Shown one piece after another: positions 32,656 to 42,924 of a stretch of DNA of 64,000 bases. Position numbers and translations under genes: made by a program. The stretch's first letter is position 1, and each line of letters starts with the position of its first letter. Under the pieces are notes generated by a model that saw nothing but the letters and a program-made list of their open reading frames with translations, was not told the DNA's origin and ran no database searches. Location of the stretch: contig OX337240.1 of NCBI GenBank assembly GCA_946965045.2, positions 2,170,001-2,234,000 on the forward strand, read 5' to 3'. This DNA comes from Epithemia pelagica. Lineage: Eukaryota; Protista; Bacillariophyta.

Positions 32656-35600
32656 CTCCCCACAACTCGTCGTTTCAGCCTTGTCATCATTGGATTTGTT
32701 GAGATCTTGAACTTCTCCTTTCCAAAACAACAATGGCTTGAGCATGGGCCAAATAGATACGAAATCCCAATGTTTGCTAAGGATATCGGCAGGGTTGGTC
32801 TTTCCATCTTTCCAGTAGAATGCAACATACTTTGCTGCGATGGCTTCACGAACTCGGTGGTATGACAGAAGATGGTGTCTCTTGGATAGTATGGAGTGAG
32901 GAACGGTTGCATTGAGCACAACAGATCTGTTATCTCCGTACAAGTAACTTCGCTCTCGGATAGGTACTCCAAGGTAGCGGAGAGAATGTCGTAATTCTGT
33001 AATCTGATCTATTGCTGTCCTTGCAGCCACAAACTCGGATCCATAGGTAGCAGTTTCCACCGTGCTCTGTCTCTTGCTGTACCAGTCAATAGGTGTTCCG
33101 TTCAACAAATGTAGAACAGCAGTGACGGATTTACCAGTGACTATGTCATGCATGAGATTGGCATCAACATAATGAGTTGTGGTAACATAGCGGCCAAGAG
33201 GTGTTGGGCAGTCTTCAGGAATACGTTCACTTGCATTCGAATAGACAGTGCGAGTCCAATCAAATTCTTGGGTAGGAAGACTTGAATAATCAGGCTCTCC
33301 AATCCTAAATCTGATTGCGCCTTCTGGGAGATGTGCAAGGTATCCATAGATACGCTTGGCTCTATCAAGATGTCCTTTCCTCGGAGCAGCACGAAAGCGT
33401 GATAGCGTCATTGTAGCGGTGAAGACGTCGAAACGACCAATAGTGATCACCCATTGGAGTTGTCCAATCAGAGTTTGGAAATGGCTAGTACCTTCTTCAT
33501 CAAGGAGCTCAGAATCATCCAATTCAGGATGGTCTCCACCAATAAGAGGTGTTTTGGCTTTCTTGGGTTTCTCCTTGAAGATTCGTTCGAAAGTGTCCAT
33601 CATCTTACCAATGTAGCGTCTTGGATCTGCTACGAATGTTCCATCAGAATCCTTGGTGTAACAACATCCCAAATGGAAATCAATAGGTCCATCTCCTTTG
33701 AGTTTGAAGTTGTATTTCTCCTTCAGGATCTTGCAGATATTCCCAGGATCAGTAGAAATAATGGCTAAGTCATCAACGTATACGGCAATGTATTCGTAAC
33801 AGTCTTCTCCAGGTGCTTTCCTCATCCAGATATCCGGATCTGCTTTGCTTGGTGAAAATCCCATGTCTGTCAAAACATCGAATAAGACATCATGCCAGCG
33901 TGCGCCTGATGACTTCAATCCATAAAGTGCCTTGTATATAATCAGGATGTGACCTTCTAATTCCTTGAATTCAGGTCCTGCGACAATGAAAATTTTCTCC
34001 CCTGTCAAGGCTTCCAGATATGCATTTCCAATATCTGCTCCCCATATTTCCAAGTCATTCAAAGTACCCAGGAATAAGGCAATGCGGAGGTTGCGAATGG
34101 AAACAACACCTGAATAGATTGTCTCAACAGGTTCTTTTGTGAGATGTCCATCTGCGACAAGTCTTGCTTTATGTCGTCCATCATGTTTTACGTCAAAGAC
34201 AAGATGCACACGTATCTTATGATATCCTTCAGGTGCATTGGATACTTTCCCTTTAATGAAGATGGCTTTCCCAAAATCCTTGAATGTCTTGTAGGACTGG
34301 ATCTGTGACAATTCTAATTCTGTTGCATCCTGCCACTTTGTGTTGCCATGTTGTTTATCAAGAGCAACAGCTTCCTCATAATTGCGTGGTACTTGAAATC
34401 CAAACTTATACTTGACGGAATGGTGAACTTGTTTAATCCTTGACTGTTTGGCTGCTCGAATGAGACGTTTGCTTGTTTTGACATAACGTTTCAAATGCTT
34501 CCATCCAGGTTCGTTGAGTAAACCATGTTTCTTTCCATAAATTGCTACAGTGATCGGATCATCATTGGCGATGAGTGATAAAGGTTCATAGGTAGTCTCC
34601 CCAGTTTCCCAATCAACAAGCAAATTATATTTGCTCCCCTTGTAATCTGGATCAGTTGTGTTCAGTGGGCCTTGATGGGCAATGACATCCCTGAACCTGA
34701 AAAGATTATCTCCAGAGGTTTGAGCTTGGTTATCTCGTTCGATATACTCCATGAGTTGATTATAGGATATCATCTCATCAACATCAGAATTTGTCTTTCG
34801 GTAAATGTACTTGACACGTTCTTCCTGTTTCGTTGCTTCTTCATTAAGATCAATGACTCGTTTGATGACACGTGCACGATGTCGCTCCCCATTTTCTTCT
34901 GTGTCGCATAGGAATGTGCGTCCTATCATGTCGTCAAAATCGATCGTGGGCATTGGTTTGGATGGATCTTCACTATCACTGCGAATGAAGACAGTGTCAG
35001 CTTGCTTATCATTGTCATCCTTCTCAGACGAATCCTCCCCTGAAGGTCGATCCACACGTAGGTTAGGTGTAGTGGATTCAACACGGCGAACGGCAGAACG
35101 ATAGATTATCTGGTTATCCTGGGTGAGAATTTTCCAAGTAAAAGAATCACCAACGTTGTGAGCAAAACCAACCCAGTGGCCAAGTTTCTCATCAGAAGAA
35201 GATGGATATGAACCGGAATTGGGTTCAGCGGGGTCGACACGGTAGTAAACCTCATCCCAGAAAGGAAAGAACAAGAGATGAGTAATGTCGGGTGGGCGAC
35301 CGGAGAGAGCCTCAAGAGGAGTGCGACCGGAGTGGGTGGGTGATGACGTATGGTTCAATAAGTCACAGACATACTCAAGGCAAAGAAGCCAGGTGTTGGC
35401 AGGGCAACCAGTGGCATTCATGAGAGCGTTGGTCATACGTTTAACGGTCTGATAACGGTTTTCAGCCTTATTCTGGTGTTGATGATAAGGTTCAGATCGA
35501 TACTCCCCAATAAGCAAAGTGCGAAGAATGTCTTTGACCTTTTGAGAGATGAGAGATGAACCACCATCACTGATAAGGGTCTCCATGGCACCACGAAACC

Positions 35601-38337
35601 GGATGTTATCCTGGAGAGTATTGACAAACTGTTTGGTCGACTTGATCCCATAGATATCAGTAACCAGAGTATCTCGACCAACAAAGATTTGTGCGACTTT
35701 ACCGCCATGGTCAACAGCAGGGGTGTCGGAGAAAACCGAGTCAGTAGCAACGGGTTCATGACGTCGAGGTATATTAAGGACCGGATTGCGAGCCTTGAAA
35801 TGTTTCTTGAGGGTGTCGTGGTCAAAAGTAATGCTACCATTACGTGTAGTGTGCTTGAACGTATCGGCAATAACATCTTCAGATTGCCAACCAAAGAATG
35901 GACGGAACTTCTTCCAGTCATACGCTTCCTGGTAACGACGGTGGACAGAGGCATGAAGTGTAGGATCATTACCTTCTGCGTCAGCATAGATAGAAAAGAA
36001 GGGTGCGTCGTCAGGTCCATGATCATATGGGAGATCCAAAAGGAGATTGAGGTTACAAACAACACGATCAGTGTACTCCCCATAGTTGTCATATGGATGG
36101 TTCGACATACTACCATCAGTCTTGACGTGTTTCCAATCAGGATCATTGTCAGAGGGTGTGGGAGAATACGAATGGTCCAGAACACCAGGATCCCATGTGT
36201 CGGGTGACGTGAAGATGATCTGAGGTAAGGTATCCATGTCATCGTCGCTGGGGATACCCAAGGAGTGGATGTAGGCTAACCCATCCTTGATGTGAAGGGG
36301 TATGGCACGACCATCAAGTGTAGTGATGCGTTGTTTACCATCAACTTTAACAGATCGTTCATCAACAGCAAGTCCGAAATGCTCGAATTGACCAGGAGCA
36401 TGGATAGATAAGCCCTTCCCATAATAAGCATATTCATTGAAGATGCCGACAATAGGTCCATCATTGGTCTCAAACTTTGCGGCACATGTGACGACAGGAA
36501 GCCCAGTAAGTTCATGGTTATCAATACCCACAATAGTGATATGACGGCCAGTCTTAGAAAGGATGCGCATGTCAGAACCAGCAAGTCCTCCATTAGCACC
36601 ACGGTCAATCAATTGATTCCCTGGTAAAGTAGATTTCCTGGAAAACAGATAGCGTGGGACATGTCCTGCTTGTTTATGCATGTTGGCTTTGAAAGTAACC
36701 TTCTTGCTTGTCTTGGACTTGGCGTTAGAAAGAACACTAGTCAGGTCAGTTGCCGGGTGATTGATATCAGTCGTCATGGCTTGGTTGATAAATTGTCTAA
36801 CCGGATCTGAATCATCTGAATGCTCAGGGACTACGCCAGGTGAGTCGTCATCAGATGCAACTTGGTTGGGGTCAGGATCAGGTTCCGGATCAATGTCGAG
36901 GGCATGTGTTTGCACTGTCCTCGGTGTTGTTGATGAAGGTGCTTGAATCATCTTGTTATACTCAATGATCAACTTGCGATCTTCTTCAGAAAGTTTGAAC
37001 CATAGGTCACGCGGTAGACTAACCTTGGACGAAGAGGATGGAGATTCAGATGTCGCTTTGGTGTTGTGGACATGATACTCCATATCATCTTGTGAGGTTA
37101 TGTCAGCATCTGTATCTTGGCCATATAGTGATTCATGTTGTTTGACATGTCGACGGCGACTATGAACAGATGACTGGGTTGCTTGATCATGGTCATAAGC
37201 TGCGTCTAGAAGGAGACGGAAGTATGATTGATAGCAAAGGGATTTTGCACCGGATTTGGTGTTCACCACATTATCCAAGATCTTGACTCGGCGGAGATCA
37301 GGTACCTTTTCTACAGCTTGCATGAGGAAGGTCATCCTGGTATGATCAGGGATGCGATCAGACAATGTCACTAAATTGTCTAGCAAACGTAGCTGCTCTT
37401 GAAAGTGTAGAAGAAATTGACGTGTTGTTCCGCGCCATGTGTCGTCAAGACGTAGATTGGAAATGTAGTTGGTTAAGCGGAGGACTTCTCGCTTTGCTAG
37501 GTCGGATTCGGTATGCAAAGAGTGTAACTTCTGCAATACGGCACGCGCATCTTCATCATGTTCATGTTCACGTACATAGGCTCGACCTTGGTCAGTCTGA
37601 ATGATACGGACAAGAACGGAGTAAAGAAATACTTGTTGCTCTTGAAAAAGTTCTTCGGCATACTCATCATCATGGGGTGGTGTGTATTTGAAATTCAGGA
37701 CGTTGGATAGGCCTTGAGCCTTAGCTGTAGTCTTGAATACACGCCAGAATGAATCGTAGTATCGTTCATCCTTGAATACCTCGTATGCAGTTGCGTCGCG
37801 CTTAGTTCCCTTTCTGAATGCTGTAAGGTCTTGTTGAGATTGGGATGCGGCAGTAACTGTGCTGACAGATTTCACAGATGACGGTGACTTCATTGGCGAG
37901 ACTGGGACTTGACTAGGTGGTCCCTTAGAGAAATCTGTGTTGATCCTCCAAGTGTTGAACTCTTTCCTCGTTAGGTTCATCCAGTCGCTGTTGGATAGCT
38001 CGTCTTGAATTTCATTGGTCTTGTATGTGGCCCAATAAGCCAAGAGCTTGATCTGCTGTCTTGTGGGGCCTTGTAGATCATGTGTCTGTTTGTTGACCTT
38101 GTATTGTGTCAGTTCCTTCATGGATTCCTCGGTATTAGTTTGCATATACGAGATAACATGGGTAATGTTCTCAAAACCATGGTATTTCATCCACTTCATT
38201 AAGTAGTCGGCCCTTTCTTTGGTGAAGAATTGGCAGACAGTAAATATGATGTGGTCGAATAGGTCTGTGTCCGAGACATTGTCTTGGTTATCTTCTCCCT
38301 TAGGAGTCGTAGGTGTCTTGGGTGATTGAGGATCCAT
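32650..38337 (-). CDS. gag-pol: Gag-Pol polyprotein (gag-PR-IN-chromo-like-RT-RH), 1895 aa
   Basis: PR LIDRGANGG; IN VATDS, ISDGG and AENRY; chromo-like YNLLVDWETGETTYEPL; RT KARLVADGH and YVDD; RH YVDANL and NPADILSK. Domains are in copia order. Confidence 0.97.
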   Translation of the reverse strand: MDPQSPKTPTTPKGEDNQDNVSDTDLFDHIIFTVCQFFTKERADYLMKWMKYHGFENITHVISYMQTNTEESMKELTQYKVNKQTHDLQGPTRQQIKLLAYWATYKTNEIQDELSNSDWMNLTRKEFNTWRINTDFSKGPPSQVPVSPMKSPSSVKSVSTVTAASQSQQDLTAFRKGTKRDATAYEVFKDERYYDSFWRVFKTTAKAQGLSNVLNFKYTPPHDDEYAEELFQEQQVFLYSVLVRIIQTDQGRAYVREHEHDEDARAVLQKLHSLHTESDLAKREVLRLTNYISNLRLDDTWRGTTRQFLLHFQEQLRLLDNLVTLSDRIPDHTRMTFLMQAVEKVPDLRRVKILDNVVNTKSGAKSLCYQSYFRLLLDAAYDHDQATQSSVHSRRRHVKQHESLYGQDTDADITSQDDMEYHVHNTKATSESPSSSSKVSLPRDLWFKLSEEDRKLIIEYNKMIQAPSSTTPRTVQTHALDIDPEPDPDPNQVASDDDSPGVVPEHSDDSDPVRQFINQAMTTDINHPATDLTSVLSNAKSKTSKKVTFKANMHKQAGHVPRYLFSRKSTLPGNQLIDRGANGGLAGSDMRILSKTGRHITIVGIDNHELTGLPVVTCAAKFETNDGPIVGIFNEYAYYGKGLSIHAPGQFEHFGLAVDERSVKVDGKQRITTLDGRAIPLHIKDGLAYIHSLGIPSDDDMDTLPQIIFTSPDTWDPGVLDHSYSPTPSDNDPDWKHVKTDGSMSNHPYDNYGEYTDRVVCNLNLLLDLPYDHGPDDAPFFSIYADAEGNDPTLHASVHRRYQEAYDWKKFRPFFGWQSEDVIADTFKHTTRNGSITFDHDTLKKHFKARNPVLNIPRRHEPVATDSVFSDTPAVDHGGKVAQIFVGRDTLVTDIYGIKSTKQFVNTLQDNIRFRGAMETLISDGGSSLISQKVKDILRTLLIGEYRSEPYHQHQNKAENRYQTVKRMTNALMNATGCPANTWLLCLEYVCDLLNHTSSPTHSGRTPLEALSGRPPDITHLLFFPFWDEVYYRVDPAEPNSGSYPSSSDEKLGHWVGFAHNVGDSFTWKILTQDNQIIYRSAVRRVESTTPNLRVDRPSGEDSSEKDDNDKQADTVFIRSDSEDPSKPMPTIDFDDMIGRTFLCDTEENGERHRARVIKRVIDLNEEATKQEERVKYIYRKTNSDVDEMISYNQLMEYIERDNQAQTSGDNLFRFRDVIAHQGPLNTTDPDYKGSKYNLLVDWETGETTYEPLSLIANDDPITVAIYGKKHGLLNEPGWKHLKRYVKTSKRLIRAAKQSRIKQVHHSVKYKFGFQVPRNYEEAVALDKQHGNTKWQDATELELSQIQSYKTFKDFGKAIFIKGKVSNAPEGYHKIRVHLVFDVKHDGRHKARLVADGHLTKEPVETIYSGVVSIRNLRIALFLGTLNDLEIWGADIGNAYLEALTGEKIFIVAGPEFKELEGHILIIYKALYGLKSSGARWHDVLFDVLTDMGFSPSKADPDIWMRKAPGEDCYEYIAVYVDDLAIISTDPGNICKILKEKYNFKLKGDGPIDFHLGCCYTKDSDGTFVADPRRYIGKMMDTFERIFKEKPKKAKTPLIGGDHPELDDSELLDEEGTSHFQTLIGQLQWVITIGRFDVFTATMTLSRFRAAPRKGHLDRAKRIYGYLAHLPEGAIRFRIGEPDYSSLPTQEFDWTRTVYSNASERIPEDCPTPLGRYVTTTHYVDANLMHDIVTGKSVTAVLHLLNGTPIDWYSKRQSTVETATYGSEFVAARTAIDQITELRHSLRYLGVPIRERSYLYGDNRSVVLNATVPHSILSKRHHLLSYHRVREAIAAKYVAFYWKDGKTNPADILSKHWDFVSIWPMLKPLLFWKGEVQDLNKSNDDKAETTSCGEC

Positions 38338-38657
38338 GGTGTTATTTGGTTGGTTCGATGTTTATTTAATGTGCGGTGTGATGTGGTTTATTTAATGTGT
38401 GATGTGATGTGAACCCGGATGTACCACGTGTGCCACGTATGTACCACGTATGTGATACCCGGATGTGTGTTGTGATGTGCGACTCCTGGAAATTTCCGTT
38501 GATTTCGACAAATTTTCGCCGAGTTTCAACAAATTTTCGCCGAATTTTCGCGATTTGACGGGAATGTGTGGCGTGTTGTGCGACCAAGGGTACCCGGATG
38601 TGCGTTGAGTTTAAGTCTTGGAAAGGTTTTGAGAGGACGGGAGTTAACTATGAGTAA

Positions 38658-39437
38658 TTAAGCTTCGGTCTCCGAATCCTCACCCTCTTCCGAATGATCA
38701 GAGTCGCTTTCAGGCTCAGATGGGGCAGCACAAGCAACAGAAGAAGGGGAATCACCTTCAGCCAGGTGGTTCTCGACCTCGGCACGCAAAGGGTAGATAG
38801 TTGCACGATGGTCCTCGATGGTATGGACCTCGTGGATGTAGGCAACGTAGTTATCTAGGCGTACAACGTTAGGAGGCAGAGGGCAAGTCGTCGCGTTCAC
38901 GACGTGGATGGTATTGTAGTATCCAGTTGGGCGCTCGAAGGTTAGGAAGCGGAGGTGGACAGTACGGATGGGGTTGCCCGAGAGGGCGGCAAAGATGAGG
39001 CGACGCCTCGGAGAACGATGAAGTTGGTCGTTCAGACGGTCAATGTCTTCTTGGTCGACGATGTGGGTCACCGATTGGAACTGGCGTTCGATCTGGGTCT
39101 CCCCACGGATGATCTCGGGATCGAAGGTCGAACAAGTTGGTTGGCGGAAGTACTTGATATGATCAGCAATCAACCGGGTGGTACGACGGGATCGAGAAGG
39201 GACGAGCCGACGAGGCGGACTCGGGGGCCGAAGCAACGGCGCAGGGATTGGAGCGTGAGGCTGGGTTGGAGTCTCGAATGGGTTGCTGTTGGAACTGTCG
39301 ACGGAGATGTTGACCGATGTGTTGGCTGCCTTCGGCGTCGGCACCAGTTCCTGCTGCACCAGGGTATCGGGCTGCCCGGGATGCAGGTTGGCTCGATAGA
39401 TCTGTCGTACAGGAGTGATAATCTCGTTAGTATCCAT
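38658..39437 (-). CDS. Additional ORF between the PBS and gag (259 aa, unknown function)
   Basis: The ATG lies 36 nt inside the 5' LTR boundary on the gag-pol strand. The ORF is intact, with a Pro-rich N-half and an acidic tail. Confidence 0.7.
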   Translation of the reverse strand: MDTNEIITPVRQIYRANLHPGQPDTLVQQELVPTPKAANTSVNISVDSSNSNPFETPTQPHAPIPAPLLRPPSPPRRLVPSRSRRTTRLIADHIKYFRQPTCSTFDPEIIRGETQIERQFQSVTHIVDQEDIDRLNDQLHRSPRRRLIFAALSGNPIRTVHLRFLTFERPTGYYNTIHVVNATTCPLPPNVVRLDNYVAYIHEVHTIEDHRATIYPLRAEVENHLAEGDSPSSVACAAPSEPESDSDHSEEGEDSETEA

Positions 39438-39473
39438 GAAACCACAAGGAAATAAGCTTTGAGACTGTTAATC

Positions 39474-40256
39474 TGTTACAATTCTTTCTGAATCGTAGGG
39501 ACATTGATGCTCGGTAGAGCAGACAATCAGGTAGGTCACCAACCGATACAAGCTTCTCAGGGTCAGAGAAGCAAGCAAGTCGAAGTCTATCAGAAGGATA
39601 GTCGGGACACAAAAGAGGATGTGATAAATGGTGATATTGTTAGATTGTGTGTTGATTACTACGATAGGTCTACGTGAAATGTTCGGTCCTGCCAAGGGTC
39701 ATGTGTCATAGGTTCTTGGCGGCAACAGGTTTGGAATAGTTGGAGTTGATTCATGTGATGTATATGACATGTATATGTGGGCGGATAACATATACAGGGT
39801 CAACAGCTCTTGCTTTGGGTTGGCATAGTTGTTTTCATGGCGCGCAGCTTGTTGACAATTTGGAGATTGTGGGAATGGAAATATGGTCTCGCGTGATCGT
39901 GTGTCGTGCTTGGGATACTTAGACCGTTGGATCGGATAGATGCCGATAGCGCTCGGATGTCGCTTGGGCGCGCTCGATGATTTCGGGCGCGTACGCTTAG
40001 GGCGTTAGTATAATGTCCGAGCAACGGCCAAATTTATGTCCGTTGTAATACCGCACGACCCAGTTTAGTCTTGAGAGTGAGTTCGTCAATCTATTCTCAC
40101 TTTTCATGATTTGCGAAGAAATATAGGTCGATATAGCGCGAAGCTAGGAAACATAGCTCGAAGCTAGAGGGCATGATGCGATAGCACGAGGCTATGTGAC
40201 ATGGGGAATCGATGAGATGTAGAATCTAACCACCATAGACGGTGAGAATTCTAACA
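39474..40256 (-). repeat. 5' LTR (783 bp)
   Basis: Direct repeat of 31873-32655. Confidence 0.96.
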
Positions 40257-42924
40257 CGGGTGCAGGTAGAGAAGGGATGGCGGGACCAGCAGAGGAGCAA
40301 GACAACAAAGACTATGAGTATCCCTCTCCAATGGAGAAAGAAAGCAGGAAACCAAACTTTGGACGAATCAGCAACGTGTCGAACACCACAATGTCCTCAT
40401 GTGGCACTGGAATCAACAGTAATTTGTTGTTTGACTTTGAGGAAAATCAGCCAGACCTTCATGCTGAAGCCTTTTACCGCAACACTCGCTTTCCTTAAGC
40501 TGCTTACTCAAAGAACTACAAGTTACATTTACTGTTGAAACACTCACTTAGTCTATGAATAGAAATAGGAAAACACAGTGATGAAAAGAAGATACGTCCA
40601 ATGGATCAGAGAGCATACACACTGAAGAGTCCACCGTAGCCTCACCAAACTTTAAAGTTCCTTAGAACACACCACCAAGGTCTCAAAGCCACAATTTTAG
40701 CCTGGTTCATTTGATTTCCATGAAGTGGTGCACCATTCCCAACCCTGCCCATGAGCCAAAAACGAGCCCAAATCGTGCCCACTGAAAAAATGGTCCTACT
40801 TTAGCTACTTCTATCTCTATAACCATGGCCCATGGACAAGACCACCTGTCAAGGGGACTGAAGGTATTGTCTGGAGATGCTAAATATCGAACACCACTAT
40901 CTGGGAGTCAATATTAGTGAAGTTATTCCCCATTCCCGACCCTGCGATTTGGGCGCAAAACCGCGCGCCCTGGGCGCGCCACCCTAGTAGGTAGACTAGC
41001 TAGGTTACACGAAGAATCAAAAGACGGAGTCTAGAAGATTACTCTCTAGCGGTATGATGGAGTTGGAGATTTGGGAGTGACCTTATGACTAATGACTACC
41101 AATATAATATTGTGAGCACAATAGCCCCAGACTTAGGGCATGAGCAGTCGTTGGGAATAAAATTGGAACAAATGTGCGTGACTTACCAGTCTTATTCCCA
41201 TTTTGGACGTCTTGCGGTTGCTTTTCGTACGTTGGAACAAATCTGTGCAGCGCCGTAAAAACAGAAATGGAAGAAAAATGGAAGAAAATATCGTCCTCCA
41301 TGATGGTTTTGGCGCGCCAATGCCAGTGGCTTGCGTGTAGCGGTTTGAATTCACGCCCGTCACCTGTCACGTTGTTGACGCGCGTGCAATCGTATTATAC
41401 TAATGTATCTTCAGATTGTACATTTGTACAAGTCGTCTCGTGACTCATGTGCCATGACTCATGTGCTCCGCTTTTGTTCTTTGAAAAACTGAGCACAGAT
41501 TCGCGAAATCTGTGCCAAGAAAAAGAGGAATAACTCAGATTTAAATTTGTTCCAGGAAGCTTCCAGGTTTGTTCCGCGCGCTGCAGAGCCATTTTCATGG
41601 AATAGCACAGATTTGTCGAGTTGTTCCAATTTTATTCCAACGACTGCTCATGCCCTTATTGCATGACCCATTATTGGGTGCGATTGGGGGGGTACCTTTG
41701 TTCGTCCGTCATCCGAATGGAAAAAAATTGTCTCGTATTTTTTCCCAAAGCGCCAGCCGGGTGATATCGCCAGCCTCCCTTCGATCGCTCGAAATCGACG
41801 CGCCGGTCACGCCTTGTATTGCTGGCACATGAGGCCAAGAATCGTCTCACTTTTCGAGCAACACCACAAAAGACGACCATAAGCAGTGAGCACACCAAAA
41901 ACCAAAAGAAAACCACCCAGCCGGACGAACGACCAAAGTGACAACTCTATGGTCAAAACCATCCACCTAGATCACAAGTGAAGGTGGAATGCATCAAAGG
42001 AAGGATGACAACATGAAACATCACAATCCACCAGTGCAATGAACAATCAACCAGTGCACTGGTTGACAGCGTCATCATGGGGTATGTAAGCCCAGGAAGC
42101 AGGAAGCCTGAATTAGTAGAGGACTATGCTTTTATCTTTCCCATAGACAAAGTGCCAGGAGCTTGTTTTGATACTTCTCTAGAGGTGCATTGCACCATGT
42201 GTGTGTATTTCATGGTTTGGTGTGTGTGTGTGTGTGATGATTCCGTGAAGCTAGATCCACTACTGCGTAAAGAGTACTCGCTTCTGAAACAATAGACTAT
42301 TGAGTACAAAATGGGCTTGTAGATTTCTTTGTCCATGTCTCGTCAAGTCTCACGGCTCACGGTCATGCATGAGCGGAAGCGGCTACATAATAGGGCGAAG
42401 CCAGTTATTACAGTTTGCTTGGACGTTATAATAATGTGCTAAATCGAAAGAAATTTGACAGAAATAATTTTAACATTTTTTAGGAAAATTTGAGAATAAC
42501 CGTATGGACAGCAGACGGGAGGTACCCCCGCAATCGGAGGGATTTCAAAAACAATACTACGAATATTGATATTCGAAATATTTAATATGTATGATATACT
42601 CGTATGAGTATAGCTAAACTACAATATAAAATGCATACTCGTATTCTGCCGCTCATTCCCAGTTTACAGAGTACGACTTACGAGTGCTAATCGTATCCAT
42701 ATTGTATATCGTATTATGTCTCGACTCGTATATCCTATTATTCACAATAAGAATACATTAGAGAACAAGAGAAAGAGATCATTGATAATGCGACTGCGAG
42801 ATGTTTGTTGACTCGATTGTTGTTCGGTTCACGAATCAATCGTCATCACGACAGTAGCTGTGTGACGTTTGACAATGGCGATACGGTCTCTATATCGATC
42901 TGTCAACTGTCGACACCGGTATCC

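Larger units (their letters stand above)
31873..40256 (-). mobile_element. Intact full-length Ty1/copia (CoDi-like) LTR retrotransposon, 8384 bp
   Basis: 783-bp TG..CA LTRs at 31873-32655 and 39474-40256 look identical by eye. The 5-bp TSD is CGGGT, a PPT-like GTTGTGGGGAG precedes the 3' LTR, and gag-pol is uninterrupted. Confidence 0.97.
30675..40984. mobile_element. Long-TIR DNA element (about 1.9 kb without the insert), interrupted by the Copia
   Basis: Imperfect inverted repeats of about 200 bp: GGGTG..., TTTGCGCCCAAATCG and CCATGGTTATAGAGATA occur at ~30675-30865 and inverted at ~40790-40984. It is flanked by TA (or CTAG). It holds degenerate ORF remnants (31323-31718, 40277-40498) and no DDE motif was seen. 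Confidence 0.75.

Noticed and set aside
42219-42236. (GT)n microsatellite
   Set aside because: It is short and ordinary.
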